Below, piece by piece: positions 12,432 to 27,856 of a stretch of 64,000 nucleotides of DNA. Source of the stretch: Eledone cirrhosa (Eukaryota). The translations under genes and the position numbers were made by a program. The stretch spans positions 31,682,001-31,746,000 of the forward strand of contig OZ024742.1 in the NCBI GenBank assembly GCA_964016885.1, in the 5' to 3' direction. The notes beneath the pieces were generated by a model, which saw nothing but the letters and a program-made list of their open reading frames with translations, had not been told where the DNA came from and searched no databases. Numbering within the stretch: position 1 is the first letter of the stretch; every line of letters starts with the position of its first letter.

Positions 12432-13045
12432 ATAAAAACAAATAACGAAACGAAATTAAATTTCGTTTCGTTTGTAACTCACTTTTGTATGACTGACGCT
12501 TAAACAATTAAGTTAAAAATGTACATCCACATATGTATACTGAAATACTAGTATGCATATGAATACACACACGTATACATATGTAGATGTACCGATTTTT
12601 TCACTGGTCACTTTACTGTGAGTGTCCAGCTATTCTGTATGTAAACACACAGACAAACCGGTTTTTAGAGTCATACTGGTTTTTGAGGAAACACCTTTCC
12701 TCTATTCTCCAGAAAGCCAGACAAGGAATATTGAACTAGTTTCGTTGTTGTTACAACTCATCAGCAATATTTACCTATCTCCCGGCCTTTCTAGAGAATC
12801 GTAAAAGCACATATCGTTATATGCTTTTTCTATGAAAATTAGTAGTGGGCAGACTAATTTGCATAGAGTGTGAGTACGTACCGGTTCAACGGAGACGATA
12901 AAAACAAATAACGAAACGAAATTAAATTTCGTTTCGTTTGTAACTCACTTTTGTATGACTGACGCTTAAACAATTAAGTTAAAAATGTACATCCACATAT
13001 GTATACTGAAATACTAGTATGCATATGAATACACACACGTATACA
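12432..13045. repeat. 148-bp direct repeat pair defining a 466-bp unit (about 1.3 copies)
   Basis: 12432-12579 appears identical to 12898-13045. Confidence 0.9.
12727..12771 (-). ncRNA. Intact minimal type I hammerhead ribozyme
   Basis: Minus strand: AATATTG-CTGATGA-GTTGT-aaca-ACAAC-GAA-ACTAGT-T-CAATATT. 7-bp stem I, 5-bp stem II with canonical G-C base, complete core, palindromic stem III ACUAGU, GUU triplet. Confidence 0.85.
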
Positions 13046-13056
13046 CATACGTATAC

Positions 13057-13217
13057 AGGCCAGCAATTACCCAGTGCATTACTGGTACTTTATTTTATCG
13101 ACCCCGTAAGGATGAAAGGCAAAGTCAACCTCAGCGGGATTTGAACTCAGATCGTAAAGGGACGTAACTATGCTAGAAAGCATGGCGTCCGACCCTCTAC
13201 CGATACTGCCAATCCAT
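13057..13217 (-). mobile_element. SINE family A, 3'-truncated
   Basis: Reverse complement of the family consensus. Confidence 0.85.
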
Positions 13218-13231
13218 ATATATATATAATA

Positions 13232-13303
<72 letters not shown>

Positions 13304-13306
<3 letters not shown>

Positions 13307-13542
13307 TGGTGGTGGTGGGGATAGTGGTGATGATGACGAGGGTGTGGTGGTGGTGGTGGTGGTGGTGGTATTAATGATTGCAATAATGATGATGCTGATG
13401 ATGCTGATGATGCTGATGATGATGTTTTAGCTTCCTGAGAAGTCCTTTTTAAGTCACCAGACTGCACATTATGTTGCACAATTACTGCAGTTGACCGGAA
13501 CACCATCGATACAGCCTCTCTAATGTTGCCATGGTGATAGCC
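13304..13542 (-). mobile_element. Element B, second copy, with (GAT/GGT)n tail
   Basis: Inverted diverged copy of 11328-11460. Confidence 0.65.
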
Positions 13543-13659
13543 TTTGGGGGGAACAGAGTTGACTATAAACAAAAGAGGAAGAGAGAGAGAGAGAGTAGGG
13601 GGAGTAGTGGAGGAGATAGTTGTGGGGGTGGAGGAGGAGAGAAAACGGAAAAGAGAAAA

Positions 13660-14207
13660 AGAAAATTCCCATTTCACAGGATGAAGCTCAGATATTTCTG
13701 TGCTAAAAATATAAAAGCCCATATCACCACCATCCCCATGAGCTCAACCCAATCGCATGTTCTTGCAGAAGGCCAGGAACATGCCCCCTTCAACAACAGT
13801 GTAACATACCAGCAGTAATCTATGAGGCTAAAATTACATTCACTCGACCAAACCAACAGCAGGAGGTCAAAACATATATAGTTATGTCGGATGGCCGGTT
13901 TAAAGAACACTTCTTTAACCATCAGATGACCTTTAGACAGTCTGATAAGCAATCGTCAACGAAGCTAGCAAGCGAAATATGGTCACTCAAAGATGTAAAC
14001 GTGAATTACTCCATTCAATTGAAAGTTCTGGTCAAATCGAGGCTATACGGAAATGGGGGTTTGTTCTGTAAGCCGTGTATCGATGAAAGGGTGAATATCT
14101 TGCAGAGATTACGTAATAATACTTGCTTCAACACTAAAGCCGATTTTTTTAATCGCTGCATCCACACTGTGAAGTACATGTTACATAACTACAAAGACCC
14201 AGGATAA
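13660..14207 (+). mobile_element. Penelope-like element fragment: Cys-rich linker plus GIY-YIG endonuclease (Neptune-like), degenerate
   Basis: Translates CSCRRPGTCPLQQQC..VIYEAK..TYIVMSDGRFKEHFFNH..TKLASEIWSLKD..CKPCIDE..N..RCIH. YIG is mutated to YIV and there is a frameshift near 13740. Confidence 0.85.
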
Positions 14208-14422
14208 ATCTTATCCGGAATGAACTAACTCAAACGAAAATTGTCTCCCCCCGCATCAGTCTAACTTGAGATGTCTCCCTTATCGCCGTCCATCGCGCAG
14301 AATCCAGTCAGCTCGTATACTCTTCCGTTCTCATCACAACCTCACTCGGGTTGAAAATCGACCTCGAGTATGGCTTGCTAATCTGTTGTTGAACTAACTC
14401 TTCTTCCCCACTCTCTTTCTCT

Positions 14423-14475
<53 letters not shown>

Positions 14476-14480
<5 letters not shown>

Positions 14481-14940
14481 TATAGAGAAAAATACTGCAG
14501 GTAGCACATGGGTAACATGTAATAAAATAAGTCCCTCATCAGTGATTTGCCGAAGATCATAGATATTTCATTGCATTAAAAATCATATATCTCACTTCGG
14601 TGCAATAATAACCAAAATAAGTTATTAGGACAATTAAAACGCGTAAAGCGAGTGAGACAGGAGAACAACAGAAAATATAGCATACCGTAGGGGAGAAACA
14701 AGCTTCAAAAATTATTCTGTTTAGCATAAGCTAGGTGAATATATGAGCGCTTAGAGAATAGAACCTACACGAACGAGGGCTATGAGCAGAGAGAGAAAAA
14801 ATAGCGTTCGTGAGTGCAGGATGAAATGAAGAGAAGAGGGAGAAAAACAGTGAGTGAGTGAAAGTGTGAGGAAGAGTTAACGGACAAGACAGAGGGGGAG
14901 AAACAGAGAGAATGGGGGAACAGTAAGAGAGAGAGAAATA
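14476..14940 (-). mobile_element. Inverted copy of the 10445-10785 repeat plus a pyrimidine-rich extension, bounded by (TA)n
   Basis: Reverse-complement alignment by eye. Confidence 0.6.
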
Positions 14941-14992
14941 TATATATATATATATATAGATGAGATTCTACAGGACTAGAACTGTTTCATTC

Positions 14993-17300
<2,308 letters not shown>

Positions 17301-17304
17301 ATAT

Positions 17305-17640
17305 ATCATCATCATCATCATCATCATTTTACGTCCGCTTCTCCCTGCTTGCAAGGGTTGGACGGGTCCTATTCAGCACAGCATCTCTCCACTTGTCACG
17401 GTCCTTCGTCATCTCCTCCGTGAGTTTCAGCGATCTCAGGTCTGCTCTCACAACCTCCGCCCATGTTTTTCGTGGTCTTCCTCTACTGCGTCTTCCTTCT
17501 ACTGGGATTTCTTGGCACTTCTTTACCCACCGATCATCCTCCATGGGCATCACAAGTCCATACCATCTCAGCCTTCTCTCCTGCACACCACAACTTATCC
17601 CTCTTATACCCAGTTTCTTTCTCAACTCGTCTATGCTTGG
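17305..17640 (-). mobile_element. RTE-clade LINE 3' fragment with (GAT)n tail
   Basis: [35 protein letters not shown]. Confidence 0.88.
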
Positions 17641-17859
17641 TCGTTGTATGTATATGTATTTACGTTTATATGTATATGTGTATGTATATATGTATATATA
17701 ACGATATGTATGTATATGTATTTACGTTTATATTTATGTACATATATGCGTATATTTGTATGTATGTACATATGTATCTATGTATGTATAAAGATATGTG
17801 AGTATGTGTGTATGTATATGTGTATGTATATGTGTACGTATGTATGTTATTATCTCTTT

Positions 17860-18463
17860 ATCTTAATTTTGAGTATATTTTTGACCGGCCACCTTCCTGG
17901 TGGCAAGGTTGTAAAAGAAAAGAAATTGTCATCCCTTGAATCGCAAGAACGTTTTGCAAATTTTGAAGGTGCCAGCTATCGCAGCCATTTGTAGACTATG
18001 AATTAGGGAGCTGCGCTCTAAATAATAATTTGTCCGCAAATCCAAGTACAGTTATACATTGGTCCAAGCGGGTTAGTATATAACCCGTAGCTCCAATAAT
18101 GATGGGTATGAAGCTAAAGGTGTATCTTGGATACTGGGTTTGTAAACTCCTCATCAATGGTCCGTAGATGTCCTCCTTCTCCTCTATTATTCTGACAACG
18201 TTTACATCAAGTGGGCAGCTGATCTCTACAACAGAACACGTTTTCAATGTGTGGTCCCAAACTACAATATCAGGCCGGTTGTGCTTTAATTTGGTGGCAG
18301 TTTTTATTTTCAGGTTCCACCAGTATTCCTTAGTGCCATCTGTCTCAATATATTCTTCCTCGTTTGTTGTTAATTTTGTTTTCCGAAGGGCGTTCCAGAT
18401 GGTTCTAGCTATCCCATCGTGTCTCATGGGGAGGTAGTAGCGAGATGACATTCTTTCGCAGCT
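17860..18463 (-). mobile_element. R4/Dong-like non-LTR element 3' fragment (restriction-like endonuclease)
   Basis: YYLPMRHDGIA..HNRPDIVVWD..VVEISCPLD..KEDIY..PIIIGATG, with a downstream ICKTFLRF terminus. Confidence 0.85.
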
Positions 18464-18694
18464 GTATGTGCGTATGTATGTGTGTATGTATGTATGTATG
18501 TATGTATGTGTGTATGTATGTATGTATGTATGTATGTGTGCATGCAGCCGTACTGACCACATTTGGCCAATTTCAGGTTGGTGAGGCTATTTAATCCATA
18601 GTTGGGGTGGATGGCCGTTGACTCTGAGGAGTTCATCAGCTTTTAACAGCTCTTATTTTTTGTGCTGCTTAGGTTCCATTTACCATCCTCACCA

Positions 18695-19095
18695 AACCAG
18701 GGTCTGGTAGAGGAACTTGTTTAATCACTGACCACTTGACCATGTAGCAAGTTGTGTAGAGTTACATGGTATCAGTATCAGGCAGAAGCCTGGCCTGACC
18801 AGGGTCTAGTGGGGGAAGCAGTTTAGTTGCTGACCACTTGACCATGAGGCAGGTTGTACTGGGTTGCATGGTACCAGAAGCAGGCAGAAGCCTGGCCTGA
18901 CCTGACCAGACCAGGGTCTGGTGTGGGAGGCAGTTTAGTTGGTGACCACTTGACCATGACAGGGTTATATGGTACCAGTAGCAAGCAAAAGCCTGGCCTG
19001 ACCTGACCAGACTAGGGTCTGTGTGGGAGGCAGTTTAGTTGCTGACCACTTGACCCTGACTGGGTTACATGGTTCCAGTAGCAGGCAGAAGCCTG
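18695..19095. repeat. Diverged tandem repeat of about 100 bp (about 4 copies)
   Basis: Recurrent accagggtctg...tgaccacttgaccatg...ggcagaagcctggcctga. Confidence 0.8.
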
Positions 19096-19400
19096 GGTAT
19101 GAAATTGAATGTGTACCTTGGTCACTGAATTTACAAACTCCTCATCAATGGTCCATAACCCACTCTAACCTAACCTGCCATTCGAACCTGGATGTCTACT
19201 CAGCACCTTGGAACTCTTCGCCCTCGGATTACCCATGGATTAATCACAGTCTTTAAATTGCTGGACCTTTGAACTGCTCTTCCATAGATATCCTCCTTCT
19301 CTTGTATCTTTCTCACTACATTACCATCAAATGGGCAGCTGACATGTTCTATAACAGAACATGTTTACAATCTGTCGTCCTAAACACCAATAGCAGACAT
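19095..19400 (-). mobile_element. Second, older RLE fragment interrupted by a 123-bp insert
   Basis: Aligns by eye with 18103-18275. The insert at 19158-19280 is flanked by tccata direct repeats. Confidence 0.7.
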
Positions 19401-19964
19401 TCCAGCCATGACCATCTCATTGTTCTTCTTTACAGACAACCCAAGACCTCATTATGGAATATCTCCTTTCCTAAGACAGTGTGATATTATTTGAGAGTGA
19501 ACTGGCTATCATTTCTAGCAGACTGAGGAACCATGTAAGGCTTACTCATTAGTTCTTCTGTATGTGTGTGTGTGTGTGACTATGTGTATCTGTGTGTGTG
19601 TGTGTCCATGTGTGAGTGTGTATGTGTATATGTCTATGTATATACATGTGTGAGTGTATATATGTGTGTAAGTGTATCTATGTGTATGAATGTGTATATG
19701 TGTGTCTATATGTGTGTGAGAGGATGCATAAGTGTGTGCAGCACCAGTGTGTCTATGTAAATGAGATGCAGTAATAGGGGTGTGGCAGTTTCCACCCTCA
19801 TACCCTGATATCACATTCCAAATCTTTTGATTTATGTGTGTAGGGGAAGAAGGGATTATATGTGTGAAGTGGTATGTATGTAGCGGTGTGTGTGTGTGTG
19901 TGTGTATATATATACATATATATACATATATATAAATATATATATACATACACACACACTACAC

Positions 19965-20012
<48 letters not shown>

Positions 20013-20458
20013 CATAAATATTATTATAAGGATTTTCTGCTCAAAGGTCTTTACAGTTCTGATAGTTTAACTATAGGGCAGAGAAACCTTATAATATTAT
20101 TGACACTCTACTTCCTTAAGTATAGAGTAGTAAGTTACATAATGGTCCTATAGGTCCTGACTAGTAAAACCTCATCTATACTACATATCATCTATATATA
20201 CCACAGCAAGATTTGAATCCCAGTTCAAGAATCGTGACATTATGATCCAACACACTTACTACTGAGCCATGCATCTGGGTTGTGTGTTGTGTTCTTGAGC
20301 AAAACATTTTACTTCATGTTGCTCCAGTATATTCAGCTGTAGTTGAGGTTTTAACTCTGCTATGGACTGGTGTCCTGTACAGTGGGGATTCTTGTACTTT
20401 TAGCTGATTCATGATAAGCACCAGACTGAGGAACTACATGGCTTGAGACAGACTTTAA

Positions 20459-20798
20459 CCCTTTAGCATTTAAACCGGCCGTATCCGGCCAGAATTTTCT
20501 CACTTCTTTCTGTTCAAATTGGCTTTAACTGGCCACTCATACTGATGTTAAAGTATAGTTCTCAAAATAAATAATATGAAAATCTTATAGATTTGATATT
20601 ATATGAGTTATTATGTGAGATAAAGCCTTTACTGTGAAAATACAATAGTATATATCAAGTAATGTAAATGTTATGTGAGATAAAGCCTTTACTGTGAAAA
20701 TACAATAGTATATATCAAGTAATGTAAATGTTATGTGAGATAAAGCCTTTACTGTGAAAATACAATAGTATATATCGAGTAATGTAAATGCTAAAGGG
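20459..20798. mobile_element. piggyBac-like MITE with 14-bp TIRs, TTAA TSD and an internal 60-bp triplication
   Basis: TTAA-ccctttagcattta...taaatgctaaaggg-TTAA. The 60-mer occurs three times at 20611-20790. Confidence 0.85.
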
Positions 20799-21246
20799 TT
20801 AAAGTTATTAGAAGGCTTGAACTCACAATACACACAACCAGAAACTCTAACAACAAACAACTTCACCAATGCCCAGCTATAGACTGATACTTTATTAATC
20901 AACCCCACAAAGATGAAAGGTTAAAAGACAAGGTTGACTTTAATGGGATTTGAACTCACAACATATGTATGAAGCAGAATAAATACTGCTATGATGTAGC
21001 ACTATATCTAACAATCTAACACCTAACAATAAAAATAACAACAACAGCAATCTTGTCGGAGTTTTGTAGGTAATTATATAACATGTGTATACAATATGTT
21101 GAAGAATAAACTGTGTATGTTAGAGAATATCAGAAGTCATTGTGTGTATATAAAAGGGTTATATATAGTAACTCTATATTGAGTTTACATTGAAGCAGTG
21201 AGTTTGTGTGTGCACATATATATATATATGTGTGCGTGTATATATG

Positions 21247-21277
<31 letters not shown>

Positions 21278-21403
21278 ATATATACATATATATGTATATG
21301 TATGTGTGTGCGTCTATATGTATATGCGTATATATATATATATATACTTTCACTCGTGTAGGACACCTCGGTTATTTTTCATTTTGTAAAAAAAACCTCA
21401 CTC

Positions 21404-21447
<44 letters not shown>

Positions 21448-21451
<4 letters not shown>

Positions 21452-21634
21452 GTTTCTACTTTAGGCACAAGGCCAGCAATTACCCAGTGCATTACTGGTA
21501 CTTTATTTTATCGACCCCGTAAGGATGAAAGGCAAAGTCAACCTCAGCGGGATTTGAACTCAGATCGTAAAGGGACGTAACTATGCTGGAAAGCATGGCG
21601 TCCGACCCTCTACTGATACTGCCAATCCACCGCC
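21448..21634 (-). mobile_element. SINE family A, full length
   Basis: Reverse complement of the consensus, inserted next to (TA)n. Confidence 0.88.
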
Positions 21635-21894
21635 CTTCTATTATATAATATATATATATATATAATAAGAGATAGAAAGTGAGAGTAAGGTAAAACCCAA
21701 CCATGATATACCTGGCAGTTTGAGTTTGTATTTGGCACATGGATACAGACATTTACTCACACACACATTCAACAAAAGCTGTTGGTATTCCTGTAGACCT
21801 TAACTTTACTCCCAAACCTCTTCTGGAAGGAATTTTCCCCCAAACAGCAGACAAACATGCATAATCCTTTAATTATATGTTCTAGCACAAATAC

Positions 21895-22765
<871 letters not shown>

Positions 22766-23121
22766 TGGGTGTATGAATAAATAGGGAACAGCTTGTTTTT
22801 CAACCATGTTATATTGAAAACAGAAACAGAACTTTGCTCCAGTTTGTTCATTTTTATTAAGGATTTTTTCCTATTTCCTTCTCAGTTCTTTATGTTTATT
22901 TTGAAACAATAGAGTTTCTAACTCTATGTATGGTTAATGTTTCCCCAAGATGGCTGATAAAGCTGAAACAACCACAAACAGTATTGCATCACTTTCAGAA
23001 AGAGGATTTCCAATCATTTTAAAACCTGGAAGACAACACTGGGTACATTCTTAATGTTTCCTTAGTTTTTTATATGTTTAGTTTAAAACAATAGAGTTTC
23101 TAACTCTATGTTTGTATTAAT

Positions 23122-23586
23122 GTTTTGAGACCTTCACAGCTCCATCCTCAGAATCAGATTGGTCATACTAATGGTGTATTAGCAGTGATTGTAAAGTATC
23201 ATGGTTGTGATAGATTTTGGTTGTCTACTAAAGTTTTGAGACCTTCACAACCCCTTCCTCAGAATCAGAAGGGTTATACTAGTGGTGTATTAGTTATATA
23301 CTCAGCAGGGATTGTAAAGTATCATGGCTGTGATAGGAGATTTTTATTTGTCTATTAAAGTTTTGAGACCTTCACAGTCCCATCTTCTGAATCAGAAAGG
23401 TTATACTTGTGGTGTATTAGTTATATACTCAGCAGTGATTGTAAAGTATCATGGCTGTGATAGGAAATTTTTATTTGTCTATTAAAATTTTGAGACCTTC
23501 ACAGTCCCATCTTCAGAATCAGAATGGTCAGACTAATGGTATATTAAAAGTGATTATAAAGTATCATGGCTGTGATAGGAGATTTT
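23122..23586. repeat. Tandem repeat of 110-128 bp, about 4 copies
   Basis: tgagaccttcaca recurs at about 23126, 23236, 23364 and 23491. Confidence 0.85.
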
Positions 23587-24138
23587 AGACATCTGGTTTA
23601 AAATTTCTCTATAGTTGAAATTGGGAGTTATAATAATTAGTTTCATGTATGTTGTACCTGTCTCTGTTAATTTTGGATATTAGTAAAGTCTTCATAGTTG
23701 TTCACCTTGTTTTCTGTAGAACTCTAATCATAATTGTAATGTTATTGACAGGTGTAGTCCTATCTAATTTGTTTGTCATGTACTGCAAGTTGTGAGGGAT
23801 CCTTTGGTGTAAGTGCATGGTTAACCAATGGGAAAGTGTAGTGCTTGTGTGACCGACATGAGACACAAGAGTCAATGTAGTCCTATATCTATACAAAAAG
23901 ATGGGATAGTCATGGCTAAAATACATTTGATGAAAAGGTCTGTTCAACCAAAACTAGTTGACTTGGTACTAAACAACAACAACAATAACAACAATACCAA
24001 CATCAACAACAATAACAATAACAACATCAATAAAACAATAACAACAACAACAACAACAAACTCCTTAATGTACCATGCTCCTGTTAGTCTTTTCCAACTG
24101 CTTGCCCTCATTACTACAATATTGGTTAAGGAGACAAT

Positions 24139-24472
24139 TTAAGTTTAAGTGCCTGAGTGTTGAACCCAGATCAGCAAGAACTAAATTTAAGGGCTTGGGT
24201 GTTGAGCCCAGATCAGCAAGAACTAAATGTAAGTGCCTGGGTGTTGAACCCAGATCAGCAAGACTAAGTTTAAGTGCTTGGGTGTTGAACACAGATCAGC
24301 AAAACTAAGTTTAAGTGTCTGGGTGTGGAACACAGATCAGCAAGACTAAGTTTAAGTGTCTGGGTGTTGAGCCCAGATCAGCAAGAACTAAGTTTAAGTG
24401 CCTGGGTGTTGAACACAGATCAGCAAGAACTAAGTTTAAGTGCCTGGGTGTTGAACACAGATCAGCAAGAAC
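24139..24472. repeat. 42-bp minisatellite, about 8 copies
   Basis: Unit aagtttaagtgcctgggtgttgaacccagatcagcaagaact. Confidence 0.92.
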
Positions 24473-24659
24473 AGTAAATATGATGATGACACTCACAATA
24501 CTAATACTTCAGTTGCCAGCTGTAACACTTTCAACATGTACTTCACATTCTTAGTTTCACATGACTACCAATAAAACTATTACCAATAACACTAAAACAC
24601 AGTGAGTCATCTATTTTCACACTGGTAACTGACTTCTCTCATCCACAACATTGATGCTG

Positions 24660-24698
<39 letters not shown>

Positions 24699-24984
24699 GT
24701 GTGTGTATATATATATATATGTATACGCACACACATATATATACATGTGTATATATATATGTACATCATCATCATCATCACTGTTATCATTGTTTAACAT
24801 CCATTTTCCTTGCTTGCATAGATTAGACGAGTTGTCGTGTTATGTGACATGTCATTTCAAGTCAGGTGACCATGTCTAGCTTATATGGATCTATATTTTG
24901 GCTTGGTTTCTATGGCTGATGTAGACTGGGTACTTTTTATCATGGCAGTGAAACAACCATCTGCCAGGGTTGACTAGATGGTTG

Positions 24985-27589
24985 TTGTCATGTCTCCAAC
25001 ATGACCATCTAATGGGATGGACTGTGGTCTTTTGTCATGTCACCAGCATGACCATCTAATGGGATGGACTGTGGTCTTTTGTCATGTCACCGGCATGACC
25101 ATCTAATGGGATGGACTGTGGTCTTTTGTCATGTCACCAGCATGACCATCTAATGGGATGGACTGTGGTCTTTTGTCATGTCACCAGCATGACCATCTAA
25201 TGGGATGGACTGTGGTCTTTTGTCATGTCTTCAACATGACCATCTAATGGGATGGACTGTGGTCTTTTGTCATGTCACCAGCATGACCATCTAATGGGAT
25301 GGACTGTGGTCTTTTGTCATGTCACCAGCATGACCATCTAATGGGATGGACTGTGGTCTTTTGTCATGTCTTCAACATGACCATCTAATGGGATGGACTG
25401 TGGTCTTTTGTCATGTCACCAGCATGACCATCTAATGGGATGGACTGTGGTCTTTTGTCATGTCACCAGCATGACCATCTAATGGGATGGACTGTGGTCT
25501 TTTGTCATGTCACCAGCATGACCATCTAATGGGATGTACTGTGGTCTTTTGTCATGTCACCAGCATGACCATCTAATGGGATGGACTGTGGTCTTTTGTC
25601 ATGTCTTCAACATGACCATCTAATGGGATGGACTGTGGTCTTTTGTCATGTCACCAGCATGACCATCTAATGGGATGGACTGTGGTCTTTTGTCATGTCT
25701 TCAACATGACCTTCTAATGGGATGGACTGTGGTCTTTTGTCATGTCACCAGCATGACCATCTAATGGGATGGACTGTGGTCTTTTGTCATGTCACCAGCA
25801 TGACCATCTAATGGGATGGACTGTGGTCTTTTGTCATGTCTTCAACATGACCATCTAATGGGATGGACTGTGGTCTTTTGTCATGTCACCAACATGACCA
25901 TCTAATGGGATGGACTGTGGTCTTTTGTCATGTCACCAGCATGACCATCTACTGGGATGGACTGTGGTCTTTTGTCATGTCTTCAACATGACCATCTAAT
26001 GGGATGGACTGTGGTCTTTTGTCATGTCACCAGCATGACCATCTAATGGGATGGACTGTGGTCTTTTGTCATGTCACCAGCATGACCATCTAATGGGATG
26101 GACTGTGGTCTTTTGTCATGTCACCAGCATGACCATCTAATGGGATGGACTGTGGTCTTTTGTCATGTCTTCAACATGACCATCTAATGGGATGGACTGT
26201 GGTCTTTTGTCATGTCACCAGCATGACCATCTAATGGGATGGACTGTGGTCTTTTGTCATGTCACCAGCATGACCATCTAATGGGATGGACTGTGGTCTT
26301 TTGTCATGTCACCAGCATGACCATCTAATGGGATGGACTGTGGTCTTTTGTCATGTCTTCAACATGACCATCTAATGGGATGGACTGTGGTCTTTTGTCA
26401 TGTCACCAGCATGACCATCTAATGGGATGGACTGTGGTCTTTTGTCATGTCTTCAACATGACCATCTAATGGGATGGACTGTGGTCTTTTGTCATGTCAC
26501 CAGCATGACCATCTAATGGGATGGACTGTGGTCTTTTGTCATGTCACCAGCATGACCATCTAATGGGATGGACTGTGGTCTTTTGTCATGTCACCAGCAT
26601 GACCATCTAATGGGATGGACTGTGGTCTTTTGTCATGTCACCAGCATGACCATCTAATGGGATGGACTGTGGTCTTTTGTCATGTCACCAGCATGACCAT
26701 CTAATGGGATGGACTGTGGTCTTTTGTCATGTCACCAGCATGACCATCTAATGGGATGGACTGTGGTCTTTTGCCATGTCACCAGCATGACCATCTAATG
26801 GGATGGACTGTGGTCTTTTGTCATGTCACCAGCATGACCATCTAATGGGATGGACTGTGGTCTTTTGTCATGTCACCAGCATGACCATCTAATGGGATGG
26901 ACTGTGGTCTTTTGACATGTCACCAGCATGACCATCTAATGGGATGGACTGTGGTCTTTTGTCATGTCACCAGCATGACCATCTAATGGGATGGACTGTG
27001 GTCTTTTGTCATGTCACCAGCATGACCATCTAATGGGATGGACTGTGGTCTTTTGTCATGTCTTCAACATGACCATCTAATGGGATGGACTGTGGTCTTT
27101 TGTCATGTCACCAGCATGACCATCTAATGGGATGGACTGTGGTCTTTTGCCATGTCACCAGCATGACCATCTAATGGGATGGACTGTGGTCTTTTGTCAT
27201 GTCACCAGCATGACCATCTAATGGGATGGACTGTGGTCTTTTGTCATGTCACCAGCATGACCATCTAATGGGATGGACTATGGTCTTTTGTCATGTCACC
27301 AGCATGACCATCCAATGGGATGGACTGTGGTCTTTTGTCATGTCACCAGCATGACCATCTAATGGGATGGACTGTGGTCTTTTGTCATGTCACCAGCATG
27401 ACCATCTAATGGGATGGACTGTGGTCTTTTGTCATGTCACCAGCATGACCATCTAATGGGATGGACTGTGGTCTTTTGTCATGTCACCAGCATGACCATC
27501 TAATGGGATGGACTGTGGTCTTTTGTCATGTCACCAGCATGACCATCTAATGGGATGGACTGTGGTCTTTTGTCATGTCACCAACATGA
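24985..27589. repeat. 47-bp minisatellite, about 55 copies
   Basis: Unit catgaccatctaatgggatggactgtggtcttttgtcatgtcaccag, with a variant ending tcttcaa. Confidence 0.97.
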
Positions 27590-27856
27590 TCACCTTAAAG
27601 GGCATTGATATTAACATAACTTTTATAGCCTATGGAAATAATTTTGCGAGCAATTGCTGAGTTATTGCAAGTTATTGCTGAGAAAATATATCATTCTCAC
27701 ACACCCCCACCACCAACAGTGGAGAATGGCAGGGAGAAGATTTCCAGGGTCTCTGTAAAAATTAATATATTATGTAACATTAAATTGGTTTGTGCCACCC
27801 AGATCCATCTTGAGGTATCAATATTACCCTTTTATGTCCACTTTCCTAGCTAGCAT

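Noticed and set aside
24985-27589. CRISPR-like regular array
   Set aside because: Units are contiguous with no unique spacers, there are no cas genes, and the context is eukaryotic.
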